In this document: in pieces, positions 8,925-18,949 of the stretch
Layout of the letters: each line of letters opens with the position of its first letter
How positions within the stretch are numbered: the stretch's first letter is position 1
Origin: Candidatus Aminicenantes bacterium
GTDB taxonomy: Bacteria; Acidobacteriota; Aminicenantia; Aminicenantales; Saccharicenantaceae
Reading direction: 5' to 3'
DNA length: 64,000 nucleotides
NCBI GenBank assembly: GCA_963725825.1
Contig: CAVSAI010000029.1
Coordinates: forward strand, 195,765 to 259,764
The notes under the pieces: model-generated
Databases searched by the model: none
Seen by the model: the letters and a program-made list of their open reading frames with translations, nothing else
Told to the model about the DNA's origin: nothing
Position numbers and translations under genes: made by a program

Positions 8925-9422
8925 GTGCCGGTGGCCGAGACGGAGCGCAAGGTCTTAGATGCGCTGGACAAGCTCGGCATTCCGTATGTCCGCCACGGGC
9001 ATCCCCCGGTCGCCACGGTCGAAGAGGCGGAGAAGCACTGGGCCGCCCTCAAGGGGACGCACTGCAAGAACCTCTTCCTCCGCAACTATAAAGGCAACCG
9101 CCACTATCTCGTCATCGCGCCCGTCACCCGGGGCATCGACCTCAAGCGCCTCACGTCGGAGCTCGACGAGGACCGGCTGAGCTTCGCTTCGGCCGAGCGG
9201 CTGAAGCGCTGGCTCGGGGTCGAGGCGGGATCTGTTTCCCCGTTCGGCCTCGTCAACGACGAGACCCGTCACGTCCAGATCGTCTGCGACTCGGCGCTCA
9301 GATCGAGCTCCGCCCTGGGTTTTCACCCCAACGTCAACACGGCCACCCTCGAGATCACCTTGGCCGATTTCGAAAGATTCCTGGCCTCGCGCGGCAACGC
9401 CGTTCGCTGGCTGGAGCTCTGA
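8925..9422 (+). CDS. YbaK/ProX-like prolyl-tRNA synthetase-associated (aminoacyl-tRNA editing) domain protein
   Basis: GTG start after GAGAGGAGG. The HCKNLFLRNYKGNRHYLVI and GSVSPFGL motifs are typical of the family. Confidence 0.7.
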   Translation: MPVAETERKVLDALDKLGIPYVRHGHPPVATVEEAEKHWAALKGTHCKNLFLRNYKGNRHYLVIAPVTRGIDLKRLTSELDEDRLSFASAERLKRWLGVEAGSVSPFGLVNDETRHVQIVCDSALRSSSALGFHPNVNTATLEITLADFERFLASRGNAVRWLEL

Positions 9423-9438
9423 ACCCAAGGAGGTCAGA

Positions 9439-9882
9439 ATGAAGACGTTCGCCTGCCTCGCAGCCCTCGCGCTTCTGGCTCTGCCGGCCCTCGCGGCGAC
9501 CCAAGACAAGGCCGAGCCCGAGCACGTTGTCGTCCAGCACATCCTCATCGCCTTCCGGGGCACGATCCCCGGCGACCAAAAGGTGACCCGGAACCAGGCC
9601 GATGCGGAGAAGCTGGCGCTCCAGATCTTCGAGAGGGCCAAGGCCGGCGAGGATTTCGACGCCATGGTCAAGACCTACACCAACGATTCTTACCCGGGGA
9701 TCTACAAGATGTCGAACCGCGGCGTTCCGCCCGACCGTTCGAAGGGGGAGTTCTCCCGGACCGGCATGGTCAAGGCGTTCGGCGACGTCAGCTTCGGCCT
9801 CGAGGTCGGAGGAGTGGGCATGGCCGTCTACGACCCGGCGACGAGCAAGTTCGGCTGGCACATCATCAAGCGTCTGGAGTGA
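9439..9882 (+). CDS. Secreted parvulin-type peptidyl-prolyl isomerase
   Basis: Signal peptide present. The HILIAF...GWHIIKRLE pattern matches the PpiC/rotamase domain. Confidence 0.75.
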   Translation: MKTFACLAALALLALPALAATQDKAEPEHVVVQHILIAFRGTIPGDQKVTRNQADAEKLALQIFERAKAGEDFDAMVKTYTNDSYPGIYKMSNRGVPPDRSKGEFSRTGMVKAFGDVSFGLEVGGVGMAVYDPATSKFGWHIIKRLE

Positions 9883-9892
9883 CAAGGACCTC

Positions 9893-11044
9893 ATGGTGAG
9901 AACTCGCATGCGCCGCCGATCCCTCCTGATCGCAGGTCTCCTCCTGGCGACGGCCGCGTTTTCGGCCATCCCCAAGATCCAGATCCCCGAGCCCAAGACG
10001 GCCTTCGCCCCGTTCGAATACGTTTGCCGGAGGGCGGCCGGCCCGATCACGGCCGACGGCCGGCTCGACGAGGCCTCTTGGGCCGACGCCGACTGGACCG
10101 AAGTGTTCGGGGACATTGAGGGCCCGTCCAAGCCCGCGCCTCGCTTCAGGACCCGCGCCCAGATGCTCTGGGACGACCAGTACCTTTACATCGGCGCCTA
10201 TCTCGAAGAGCCTGATGTTTGGGCCACCCTGACGGCGAGGGATTCCATCATCTTCCAGGACAACGACTTCGAGGTCTTCATCGACCCCGACGGCGACACC
10301 CACGACTATTACGAGCTGGAGATGAACGCCCTGAACACGGTTTGGGACCTCCTGCTCGTCAAGCCCTATCGCGACGGCGGCCCGGCCGTTCACGCCTGGG
10401 ACATCCAGGGGCTCAAGACCGGCGTCCGCGTTATGGGCACCCTGAACGACCCGTCCGACCGCGACAAGGCCTGGACGGTCGAGATCGCCTTGCCCTTCGC
10501 CGTCCTCAAGGAGTGCATTCCGGGCAAGCCTGAGCACCCCGCCGCGGGGGACCAATGGCGGGTCAACTTTTCGCGGGTCGAGTACCGGGTGGACGTCCAG
10601 AACGGGGCCTATGTCAAGGCCAAAGACCCCGCCACGGGCCGGCCTTTGCGCGAGGACAACTGGACCTGGACCCCGCAGGGCGTCATCGACATCCACTATC
10701 CGGAGATGTGGGGATACGTCCAGTTCTCGTCGAAGCTCCCGGGCAAGGGCAAGGAGAAATTCGACCGCCGGCCCGAAGAACAAGTGAAGTGGGCCCTGCG
10801 CCAGATCTACTATGCCGAACGGGCCCGTTATTTCGAAAAGTCGGCCTTCAGCGCCGACCTCGCGGCCCTCGGCCTCAAGCGGGAAGGGGCCCTGAAGGTC
10901 AAAGGATGGTCCTATCCGCCTGTCCTCCAGACTACGACCAGCCTGTTCGAGGCGATCTACACGGCCAAGAGCGGCGAAAGCTGGCACATTTGTGAGGACG
11001 GACTTGTCTGGAAAGACGCACCGGCCAATCCGGCGGTCAAATGA
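9893..11044 (+). CDS. Secreted CBM9/DOMON-like carbohydrate-binding family 9-like protein
   Basis: ATG at 9893 with a signal peptide. DGRLDEASWADADW...QMLWDDQYLYIGAYLEEPDVWA...NDFEVFIDPDGDTHDYYELEMNALN is typical of CBM9-like domains. Confidence 0.55.
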   Translation: MVRTRMRRRSLLIAGLLLATAAFSAIPKIQIPEPKTAFAPFEYVCRRAAGPITADGRLDEASWADADWTEVFGDIEGPSKPAPRFRTRAQMLWDDQYLYIGAYLEEPDVWATLTARDSIIFQDNDFEVFIDPDGDTHDYYELEMNALNTVWDLLLVKPYRDGGPAVHAWDIQGLKTGVRVMGTLNDPSDRDKAWTVEIALPFAVLKECIPGKPEHPAAGDQWRVNFSRVEYRVDVQNGAYVKAKDPATGRPLREDNWTWTPQGVIDIHYPEMWGYVQFSSKLPGKGKEKFDRRPEEQVKWALRQIYYAERARYFEKSAFSADLAALGLKREGALKVKGWSYPPVLQTTTSLFEAIYTAKSGESWHICEDGLVWKDAPANPAVK

Positions 11045-12264
11045 GCGCGGAGCCTATCATGCACAAGCTCGCAGGAACAATCATCCTTGTCGCCTTCGTC
11101 TTCGCGGCCGCCGTTCCCTCGAGCGGGGCGGCCCTGCCGGCCGCCAAGCCGGAGAGCGTGGGCATGTCGTCGCAGCAGCTGGCCTTCCTCGACAAGATCG
11201 TCACGGAGGCCGTCGCCCGGAAGGACTTTCCCGGCGCGGTCCTCGTCGTCGCTCGCAATGGAAAAGTCGTCTACCGTAAGGCCTTCGGCATGTCCCAGCT
11301 CGTCCCCGAGCCGCGTCCTCTCACCGCCGGCATGATCTTCGACCTGGCTTCGGTCACCAAACCCGTGGCCACGGCGACGGCGGTCATGCTCCTGGTCGAG
11401 CGAGGGGAGATCCGGCTCTGGGACCGGGTCCGCGTCTACGTCCCGGAGTTCTCGACCTGGTACGGCGAGAAAGGGATCGCCGGCGATGAGGCCCGGCTCT
11501 ACAATCTCCTGACGCACACGTCGGGCCTGCCGCCCTACACCGACGCCAAGGAGGCGGCCAGGAAGCTCGGCGATCCGTGCACCACGGCCGACCTGGTCAA
11601 GCTCATCGCGGCCATCCCGAAAGAGATGCCGGTCGGGAAGGAGTTCGTCTACAGTTGCCTCAACTACATCACCTTGGCCCACATCGTTCACAAGGTCTCG
11701 GGGATGCCGCTTGACGAGTTCGCCGCGGAGAACATCTTCAAGCCCCTGGGCATGACCCGCACTTTTTACCGCCCGCCTGCGGACCTCGTCGACCAATGCG
11801 TGCCGACCGAGGTCATCGACGGGAAGCCGCTCCGCGGCGTGGTCCACGACCCGCTGGCCCGCCTGCAGGGCGGCGTTTCGGGCAACGCCGGCCTCTTCTC
11901 GACGGCCGACGACTTGGCCGTCTTCGCCCAGATGCTGCTCGAACGCGGCACGCTCAACGGCGTCCGCATCCTCAGCCCGCTCACCGTCGACCGGATGACC
12001 GAGATCTTCCCCAAGGTCGGAGGGTCAGGCCGCGGCCTCGGCTGGGACATCGATACGGATTATTCGACCGTTCGCGGCGATCTCTTCGGCCCCCGGTCCT
12101 ACGGCCACTCGGGCTACACCGGCACTTCGATCTGGATCGATCCGGAAACGCGGACCTCCGTCGTCCTCCTGACCAACCGCGTCCACCCGGACGACAAGGG
12201 GGATATTATCGCCCTGCGCAGCAAGGTGGCCAACGTCGTCGCCGCTGCGATCCGGGGCCAATAA
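11041..12264 (+). CDS. Beta-lactamase-family serine hydrolase (esterase/peptidase/PBP-like), secreted
   Basis: ATGA overlap with the upstream gene. SVTK (SxxK) nucleophile motif and GHSGYTGTS motif. Signal peptide present. Confidence 0.75.
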   Translation: MSAEPIMHKLAGTIILVAFVFAAAVPSSGAALPAAKPESVGMSSQQLAFLDKIVTEAVARKDFPGAVLVVARNGKVVYRKAFGMSQLVPEPRPLTAGMIFDLASVTKPVATATAVMLLVERGEIRLWDRVRVYVPEFSTWYGEKGIAGDEARLYNLLTHTSGLPPYTDAKEAARKLGDPCTTADLVKLIAAIPKEMPVGKEFVYSCLNYITLAHIVHKVSGMPLDEFAAENIFKPLGMTRTFYRPPADLVDQCVPTEVIDGKPLRGVVHDPLARLQGGVSGNAGLFSTADDLAVFAQMLLERGTLNGVRILSPLTVDRMTEIFPKVGGSGRGLGWDIDTDYSTVRGDLFGPRSYGHSGYTGTSIWIDPETRTSVVLLTNRVHPDDKGDIIALRSKVANVVAAAIRGQ

Positions 12265-12269
12265 AGGCT

Positions 12270-12299
12270 TTGACATCCGGCCGCGGGCCGTGCTATGGT
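12270..12299 (+). promoter_or_regulatory. Sigma-70-type promoter (TTGACA-N18-TGcTATGGT) for the orphan ORF
   Basis: Consensus -35 at 12270..12275 and extended -10 at 12291..12299. The ATG is at 12318. Confidence 0.55.
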
Positions 12300-12317
12300 T
12301 CGGCCAGGACCGCGGGG

Positions 12318-12839
12318 ATGCAAGTCCAGATCGAGCGAGAAATCTATATCCGGGCGACTCGGTCCTTCTCTGTTCTCTCCGAGGCCATCCAGATGTTCAG
12401 GGGCTATCTCGAGCCGCATGTCGCCACGAGCGCGCCGGAATATTATCGGGCCAGGAACCTCCTCAAGGAGGGCAAGGCCTTTTACGATCAGACCCTTCAG
12501 GACGCCAAGAAGCTCCTCGGCCCGATCCCTATCTACGCGGCCAAGGATTTCGAGAAATGGCGGTCCCAGATCCTTATCGAGAACAAGATCATCGTCCAGA
12601 GCCAAACGCGGGATGAGCTGCGCATCGAGCTCGAGAACGACGATTTCCTCAAGTCTATCATGAGGCCGGGCGACATCGAGCAGTATCTCCAGACCCATTT
12701 CGAGACCCAGAGGTCCGGCAAGCGGAAGCTGGCCAACATCAAGATCCGCATGGCCCTCGACAGGCTGATCGGGTTGGTCGCCGACGGTCAGGAGCTCCAG
12801 AAGACGGCCCAGCGCAAGCAGCAGGGCCTGCCGATCTGA
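12318..12839 (+). CDS. Hypothetical all-helical cytoplasmic protein (orphan)
   Basis: 173 aa with its own promoter (12270..12299). GC is visibly lower than in the neighbours. I recognise no family motif. Confidence 0.5.
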   Translation: MQVQIEREIYIRATRSFSVLSEAIQMFRGYLEPHVATSAPEYYRARNLLKEGKAFYDQTLQDAKKLLGPIPIYAAKDFEKWRSQILIENKIIVQSQTRDELRIELENDDFLKSIMRPGDIEQYLQTHFETQRSGKRKLANIKIRMALDRLIGLVADGQELQKTAQRKQQGLPI

Positions 12840-12845
12840 TCCCGC

Positions 12846-15167
12846 CTAGCGAGGCGCCGCTTTGTCCCGCCAATACCTCATCTTCCCGATGCCGCCGCGA
12901 TCGGGCCTGGCGTCATAGCCCAAGCCGTACTGGCCCTCCGCCGCCTCGACGAGCGTCCGGCCCCTATAGAGCGCCTTGGTCAAGTTGACGATCGTGTAAT
13001 CGAGGCCGCCGCCGCGGCTCGAGGCATAGATGAGATCGCCGTCCGTTTCGACGCCGCCGATGGCGATGCGTCCCGCCTCATAGGTATAACGGGGACGGCG
13101 GTTATCGCGGCTCATGTCCTGGCGCAGGTCGTTCTTGATCCCGACGACGATCTCCCGGTCGCCGTCCTTGATCACGACGCCGGTCGCTCCGCGGGCCGGC
13201 TCGGCCGGGGCGAAGGCGACGCGGTCGAGCCAGCTCCCGACGCCCTCGGTCGCGCCGTGCGGCACGAGAACGGTGACGAGCGCGCAGGTCTCGCCGAGCT
13301 CGAAGTGCTGGGCCCAGGACTGATGGATGAGCCATTCGTCCTGATAGTGGCGCTTCTCCGGCTCGACGCCCTCCATCCTCGCCTCCCTTGACGGGAAGAG
13401 AACGAGCAGGCGCTTGTCCTGAGGCAGGGCGGCGGTCTGGATCTGGTCGTAGCCCGTATCGTACCAGTGCTCGCCCTGCCCGAAGATCTTCCGGGTGTGC
13501 CAGAAAGCGCCCAGCGTAAAGTAGTCCTCGCGCAGCGCCTTGAAGATGTCGAAAACGACGTAGCATTCGGGGTTCTTCACGTAGACGACGACCCGATCGG
13601 CTTGATAGCCCCAGCCGCCGTCGATGAGGCGCGTCCGGCTGTAGTCGAAATCGTCGAAGGTCAGGAAGTCCACTTTCTGCGTCCGGACGGGGCGATAGGA
13701 GCCGGCGTCGCGCATGAACTCGAGCAGTGATTGGCCCGGGACGGCTTCGCGGGTGCTGTAACGGAACTGGCCCTGTTTCTGTCCCCAGAAGATCTTCTCC
13801 GGCCGGACGCAGAGGCGGTTATGAAAGTAATCCTGGCGATAGGCGCCGTAAGGCCCCGAAGGCATGTAGTCCCGATAGCCGCCGTCGTGGAGCAGGATCG
13901 AGCCGCCGGACATGAGCAGGACGATGCTGTTCTCGTCGGCATGGCCGTGGGTCATCTTCTCCTCTTCGACCGGGATCGTGTCCCTCAGGTAGTCGCGGAA
14001 ATTCAGGCCGCCGTCGCCTTCGTCCCGGTAATTGAGCAGAAGATAGCTCGAGAGGGGCGACCAGCCGTTGCGGAAGACGATCTTCTTGCCCTGGATGTCC
14101 TCCATGACCTCCATCGACAGTCCCGTCGGAACGGCGGCCTTCACCGCATCGGAGCCCCAGCGATAAGCGTCGAGCAGCATGGCGCCGAGGCCCGCGCTGG
14201 TCGGCTTGGCGAAGTCGACGAACTTCGCGGCGATCGTCTCGGCTGCCCATTTGAGAGCGGGATCCCTGAGCGCGGCCGCCGCGGTCTCAAAATAGACGAG
14301 AAAATGGGCCCAGTTCGAGGTCCAGTGGGCGTCGCCGAGGTCGGGAACGACGCCGGCCGGGCAGACGAGGTTCAGGTAGTACTGGGCGTAATAATACATC
14401 TCCGGGGTGGCAAAGAGCTCCTTGATCCCGTTCGAGGCATCGGCGTATCCGAGAAGGGAATAGAGCCAGACCCCGTTGTAGAGCGTCGCGTCCTCGATCT
14501 GCCAATTCCCCCAGCTGTCGTCGCCGAGGGCCCGCCTCTGCATCTCCCATTTCGCGGCGTCCGGATGGCCGGGCAAGGCCCTGACGGCCCAAGCCAGCGA
14601 TTCCGCCCGAAGGGCCGAGCGGTTCATCGGCCCCCACTCGGCCGTCCGGAGGAGGTAGCGCATGCTGCCGGCGATCAGGTCCGAGGCGACCTTGATATCG
14701 GCGGGGGAGAGGCGGCCGAGGCGGCGCAGCGTATCGAATGTCCTGATGTAGCGCATGACGGTGAAGAAATCCGGAAGGGCGGGCACGCCGTCGGCGTAGT
14801 CGGACCGGAGCTTGATCGACGATTCCGGATAGGCCGACCGATAGTCGCCGTAAGTCAGGAGGACCTCCTTGGCCCGGGCCGCGGCCTCCGGCCGCTTCTC
14901 CGTTTCGGAGAGATAAGAATAGATGAAGGCCATTTCGAGAAGCCCGCCCGGCCCCCGGTAGCCGAAGACGTTGAGCGGGTCGAAGGTCTTTTTCCATTGG
15001 GCCAGGAGCTCGTCCCTGTGGGCGTAGGTCCAGTCCGCGGAGGACCGGGCGTAAGCGAGATAACGGCTGCGGGGCGCCGCGCGGAGCACCGGGGCCAGAA
15101 GAAGAAGGAGAAGCCCCCCGGCGACGATCGTCCGGGCCTGGATCTTTCGGGACGGGGCATTTTTCAT
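12846..15167 (-). CDS. Heparinase II/III-like (polysaccharide lyase-like) protein, secreted
   Basis: Start chosen at MKNAPSRK (15167) after GAGGAGA, followed by a signal peptide. THGHADENSIVLLMSGGSILLHDGGY matches the heparinase II/III C-terminal motif. The 161-codon upstream extension in the ORF track is unlikely. Confidence 0.5.
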   Translation of the reverse strand: MKNAPSRKIQARTIVAGGLLLLLLAPVLRAAPRSRYLAYARSSADWTYAHRDELLAQWKKTFDPLNVFGYRGPGGLLEMAFIYSYLSETEKRPEAAARAKEVLLTYGDYRSAYPESSIKLRSDYADGVPALPDFFTVMRYIRTFDTLRRLGRLSPADIKVASDLIAGSMRYLLRTAEWGPMNRSALRAESLAWAVRALPGHPDAAKWEMQRRALGDDSWGNWQIEDATLYNGVWLYSLLGYADASNGIKELFATPEMYYYAQYYLNLVCPAGVVPDLGDAHWTSNWAHFLVYFETAAAALRDPALKWAAETIAAKFVDFAKPTSAGLGAMLLDAYRWGSDAVKAAVPTGLSMEVMEDIQGKKIVFRNGWSPLSSYLLLNYRDEGDGGLNFRDYLRDTIPVEEEKMTHGHADENSIVLLMSGGSILLHDGGYRDYMPSGPYGAYRQDYFHNRLCVRPEKIFWGQKQGQFRYSTREAVPGQSLLEFMRDAGSYRPVRTQKVDFLTFDDFDYSRTRLIDGGWGYQADRVVVYVKNPECYVVFDIFKALREDYFTLGAFWHTRKIFGQGEHWYDTGYDQIQTAALPQDKRLLVLFPSREARMEGVEPEKRHYQDEWLIHQSWAQHFELGETCALVTVLVPHGATEGVGSWLDRVAFAPAEPARGATGVVIKDGDREIVVGIKNDLRQDMSRDNRRPRYTYEAGRIAIGGVETDGDLIYASSRGGGLDYTIVNLTKALYRGRTLVEAAEGQYGLGYDARPDRGGIGKMRYWRDKAAPR

Positions 15168-15255
15168 AGCTGTTTCTCCTCTCGGCCGCGTTTTTTTTCT
15201 ATCATACTTCCCGCCGTGAATCCATGTTATAATCGCGCCGCCAGGAGAACAGGGT

Positions 15256-16488
15256 GTGAAACGAACCCTCTTTCCTTTCGCCCTCCTCGCGGGCTTTCTG
15301 CTCTTCCGCGGCGCCGCCTCGGCCCAGCTAATACTTGGCCAGTACGAAGACGAAGCCCCGCTCGGGACCTGGAACATCTTCGGCTCCCCGCCGGCCCCGT
15401 CCGTCGGCCTCGGCGGAGCCCAGTTCGCCCGGCCCTGGGACGCCTCGTCGTCCTTGGCGAACCCCGCCCTCTTGGCGTCCCTGCCCCGTCTTTCGGCTTT
15501 CATTTCGGGGTCGTATGCGGCGGCTTCCCTGTTCAAGTATTCGCTCGTCAACACGGGCGTCGTCGAATCGGTCGGCAACCCGGCGGTCGGCGTTTTCGGC
15601 CCGGACGGCGGCGGGTTGGCCGTCCGTCTCGGTCCCTGGGCCCTGGCCATCGTCGCCGCCGCGCCCGAGAGCTATGCCCGTCCTTCGATCGCCGTCGGCG
15701 AGGCCGGCTACCAGCTGACTTTCGACCAGAGGGGATATCTCCGGGTTTTCCACGCCGGGGTCGCCCGCCGCCTGCCGGCGGGATGGACGTTCGGCCTGGG
15801 CCTGAACTACGCGACCGGGCGGCTCGAACGGACGACGGTCGAGCGGTACGGCGCAGCCGCCAGCGGCATCACCATCACCGACGACAAGTCCGAGAGATGG
15901 CACGGTTTCTATGTGAACGCCGGCGTCACGTGGGAAGGGACGCGGCGCCTGACTGCCGCGCTCGTTGTCCGCTCCCCGTACGTGAAGAAAGGGCCCGGCG
16001 CCAGTCTCCTCCGCTATGAAGCTCCGGCCGCGGGCACGGATATCCGGATAGCCGCCGAAGCCGTGAACGCCTATCACCAGCCATGGATCCTCGGGGCAGG
16101 CCTCTCGTACCGGCTGTCGCCGGCCTGGAGCCTGGCCGCCGACGCGGCCTGGTTCGGCTGGTCGCGCTACAGCGCGACGTATTTCGACGAGCCGCTGGCC
16201 AGAGCCTTCCGCGATATCGTCAAGGCCGGCGCCGGAGTCGAATACCTCGCCCCGGCCGCGATGTACGGCCGGTCGGCCCGGATCCCGTTCCGCCTGGGGT
16301 TCTTTGTCGATCCCCAGCCGATGACGACGCTCCATTCGACTTATTGGGCCTTGACCCTCGGGACCGGTCTCGAGCTCAAGAGTCTGGCCATCGATATCGC
16401 CTCCTTCTTCGGCCGCGAGAGCGGCTCCGGCCGGTCGCTCAAGGCCGGAAAGATCGTGCTGTCCGTTCGTTACGTCTTTCAGGAATAA
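15256..16488 (+). CDS. Putative outer-membrane beta-barrel protein
   Basis: GTG start after AGGAGA and a signal peptide ending GAASAQ. Alternating amphipathic segments rich in G, Y and W continue to the C-terminus. Family not recognised. Confidence 0.4.
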   Translation: MKRTLFPFALLAGFLLFRGAASAQLILGQYEDEAPLGTWNIFGSPPAPSVGLGGAQFARPWDASSSLANPALLASLPRLSAFISGSYAAASLFKYSLVNTGVVESVGNPAVGVFGPDGGGLAVRLGPWALAIVAAAPESYARPSIAVGEAGYQLTFDQRGYLRVFHAGVARRLPAGWTFGLGLNYATGRLERTTVERYGAAASGITITDDKSERWHGFYVNAGVTWEGTRRLTAALVVRSPYVKKGPGASLLRYEAPAAGTDIRIAAEAVNAYHQPWILGAGLSYRLSPAWSLAADAAWFGWSRYSATYFDEPLARAFRDIVKAGAGVEYLAPAAMYGRSARIPFRLGFFVDPQPMTTLHSTYWALTLGTGLELKSLAIDIASFFGRESGSGRSLKAGKIVLSVRYVFQE

Positions 16489-16507
16489 CATGCCGGGCGG
16501 AGGTGCC

Positions 16508-17824
16508 ATGCGCTCGATCAAGCTTGCGGCCCTCGTGTTGGCCGCCGCGGCCGTCATCGTTTTTGCGGGCGCCGGGCGGGCCGCCGAGGACGGCCAGGTC
16601 GTGAGCGTCGCCAAAAGGGATTTCGCTGCCGCACGCCTCGGCCGCAGGGGATTCGATCTCCTCATGGAGAAGAGCGGGCGCGTGTATCTCGTCGCGTCCC
16701 CGGGAGAGATCGCCGCCCTGGCCGCGCTTCGCGTCCCCTGCGTCATCGAAACCTCGCGGTTCCTTCAAGCGGCCGGCCAGGGTCTCTCCGCCGCGGGCGG
16801 CCTCAACGGGGCCTACCACAGCCCGCTCGAGCTCGAGACCGACCTGAGGATCCTGGAGAGGGACCATCCGGGCATTGCCAGCGTCCGGGAGATCGGAGAG
16901 ACCCTCGAGAACAGGAAGATCTACGCCCTGAAGATCAGCGACAACGCTTCGGCGGACGAGCACGAGCCGGCACTGCTCTTTGTCGGCTGCCATCACGCCA
17001 GGGAGTGGATCTCCGTCGAGGTGCCCTTTCTCTTCGGGAAGTACCTCCTCGAGAACTATGGCCTGAGCCAGGAGGTCCGCGACCTCGTCGACGCGAGCGA
17101 GATCTGGATCGTGCCGATCGCCAACCCGGACGGCCTCGAGTACAGCATCCGCGTCTACCGCTATTGGCGGAAGAACCGGAGGGCCAACGCCGACGGCACA
17201 TACGGCGTCGATATCAACCGGAACTACGGCTACGCGTGGGGCTTCGACGACGTCGGATCGAGCGGTCAGCCGGGCTCAGACGTTTACCGGGGGACGGCGC
17301 CCTTCTCGGAGCGGGAAACGACGGCCATCCGGTCGCTCTTTCTCGGTCACGACTTTCGGGCCATGGTCTCCTTCCACAGCTTCGCCCAGGACATTCTCTT
17401 TCCCTGGGGCTTCACGACCCAGCCCGCCCCGACCGACTCCGAGCTCGCCGCCGTCGCCGGCACGATGGCCGGTCTCATCGCCGGGGTCCGGGGGACGGCG
17501 TACGCCTACGGGGAGGGCTCGAGTCTGCTCTATCTGACGAACGGCGACACCGTCGACTGGACGTACAGCGTCGCCGGGGCCCCGTCCTATACGATCGAGC
17601 TGCCGCCGGTCGACATCGACCATGGCGGCTTTTTCAACGACGAGGCCGCGATCGGGACCATCTTCGAAGAGAACCTGCCGGCCATGCTCTACCTGACCCG
17701 CTACGCCATCGACCATCCCCGGTCTCTCCGGCCCCGGGTGCCCCTCCGGCGGGAGCATGGCGGTCCCACGTTCGTTCGAGAGCCCAAGCTCGGCGTCCGC
17801 ACATCTCCGCCCCCGCACCGGTGA
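16508..17824 (+). CDS. M14-family zinc carboxypeptidase, secreted
   Basis: ATG at 16508 after GGAGG. HHAREW (HxxE zinc site), INRNYGYAWG and SFHSF motifs. Signal peptide present. Confidence 0.8.
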   Translation: MRSIKLAALVLAAAAVIVFAGAGRAAEDGQVVSVAKRDFAAARLGRRGFDLLMEKSGRVYLVASPGEIAALAALRVPCVIETSRFLQAAGQGLSAAGGLNGAYHSPLELETDLRILERDHPGIASVREIGETLENRKIYALKISDNASADEHEPALLFVGCHHAREWISVEVPFLFGKYLLENYGLSQEVRDLVDASEIWIVPIANPDGLEYSIRVYRYWRKNRRANADGTYGVDINRNYGYAWGFDDVGSSGQPGSDVYRGTAPFSERETTAIRSLFLGHDFRAMVSFHSFAQDILFPWGFTTQPAPTDSELAAVAGTMAGLIAGVRGTAYAYGEGSSLLYLTNGDTVDWTYSVAGAPSYTIELPPVDIDHGGFFNDEAAIGTIFEENLPAMLYLTRYAIDHPRSLRPRVPLRREHGGPTFVREPKLGVRTSPPPHR

Positions 17825-17905
17825 GCCCGGGGCGAGACCCTCGGCCGCGACCTTTCCCTGAGGCCTTCGTGTAGAATGGAAAGAGACAGTCCGAGGAGGC
17901 AGACC

Positions 17906-18949
17906 ATGCCCAGAACGAAGCGCGGCGCGATCGCCTGGACGAGCGCGTCGGAAGCCGAGATGGCCGGCCCGCAACGCGTGGCCGCGTCCGCGGCGGAGGA
18001 GACGCTCCGAGACTCCGAGCTGCTCGACGCCTATTCGCGGGCCGTTGTGGGTGTCGTCGACCGGACCGGTCCGGCGGTCGTCAGCATCTCGGTCGGCGCC
18101 GCGGACAGGACCGAGGAGCCCGAGCCCATGGGCGCGGGGTCGGGCTTCGTGATCACCCCGGACGGCTACATCCTGACCAACAGCCACGTTGTCCAGGACG
18201 CGCCGCGCATCGACGTCACGTTCATGAACGGGGACAAGCGCAAGGCCCGGCTCGTCGGGCTCGACGAATCGACCGACCTGGCCGTCGTCTGCGTCGACAC
18301 ATCGGGACTGCCGTATGCGAGCCTGGGGGACTCCGCCGGTCTTCGCGTCGGCCAGCTCGTCATCGCCGCGGGGAATCCCTACGGCTTCCAGTCGACGGTT
18401 TCGACCGGCGTCGTTTCGGCGCTCGGCCGGTCCCTCCGGACCCGGCAGGGGAGATTGATCGAGAACATCATCCAGCACACGGCCCCGCTCAACCCCGGCA
18501 ACTCGGGCGGCCCGCTGCTCGATTCGCAAGGCCGCGTCATCGGCATCAACACCGCCATCATCGCCATGGCCCAGGGCATCGGCTTCGCCATTTCGGCCGA
18601 CACTGCCCGCACCGTCGTCTCCCAGCTCATCACCAAGGGCAAGGTCACGCGGAGCTATCTCGGGATCGTCGGGATGAGGCGCCCGCTCGACCGCCGCTTC
18701 GTCCGCTTCTACCGGCTGGCCAAAGACCAGGCCGTCGAGATCGTGTCGCTTGCGGCCGACGGCCCTGCGGCCGAGGCCGGGCTTCGCCGCGGCGACATCG
18801 TCGTGGCCTTGGGCGGGGCGGGCGTGTCGAGCGTCGACGAGATCTTCCATGTCCTCGCCGAGTGGCCCGTGGGGCAGCCCCTGGCCGTAGGCTTTCTCCG
18901 TGGCAAGGAGCTCAGGGAGATCCCCGTCACGCCGACCGAGGCGTCCTAG
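17906..18949 (+). CDS. HtrA/DegP-like S1C serine protease with PDZ domain
   Basis: ATG after GAGGAGG. Catalytic elements TNSHVV, DLAVV and GNSGGPLLD. The C-terminal segment looks like a PDZ domain (LGIVG...GDIVVALGG). Confidence 0.8.
   Translation: MPRTKRGAIAWTSASEAEMAGPQRVAASAAEETLRDSELLDAYSRAVVGVVDRTGPAVVSISVGAADRTEEPEPMGAGSGFVITPDGYILTNSHVVQDAPRIDVTFMNGDKRKARLVGLDESTDLAVVCVDTSGLPYASLGDSAGLRVGQLVIAAGNPYGFQSTVSTGVVSALGRSLRTRQGRLIENIIQHTAPLNPGNSGGPLLDSQGRVIGINTAIIAMAQGIGFAISADTARTVVSQLITKGKVTRSYLGIVGMRRPLDRRFVRFYRLAKDQAVEIVSLAADGPAAEAGLRRGDIVVALGGAGVSSVDEIFHVLAEWPVGQPLAVGFLRGKELREIPVTPTEAS

Noticed and set aside
12846-15650. 934-aa version of the heparinase-like ORF, and similar N-terminal extensions in the track (27972, 53224, 52134, 38152, 62315, 9602, 11796, 6292, 43787, 40883, 41785).
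   Set aside because: The extensions overlap upstream genes or intergenic promoters, lack an RBS, and would precede an internal Met that has a strong GGAGG site and a signal peptide. The shorter starts were chosen instead.
17276-18850. 524-aa ORF antisense to the M14 and HtrA-like genes. Similar near-full-length antisense ORFs exist elsewhere, for example 13731..16019, 35649..37646, 41928..44426, 44057..45769, 46992..49238, 50298..52049 and 29649..31337.
   Set aside because: Their translations are Arg/Gly/Pro/Ala-rich low-complexity strings with no recognisable motifs, RBS or promoter. The opposite strand carries clear family motifs. Long stop-free antisense frames are expected in roughly 65% GC DNA with strong GC3 bias.
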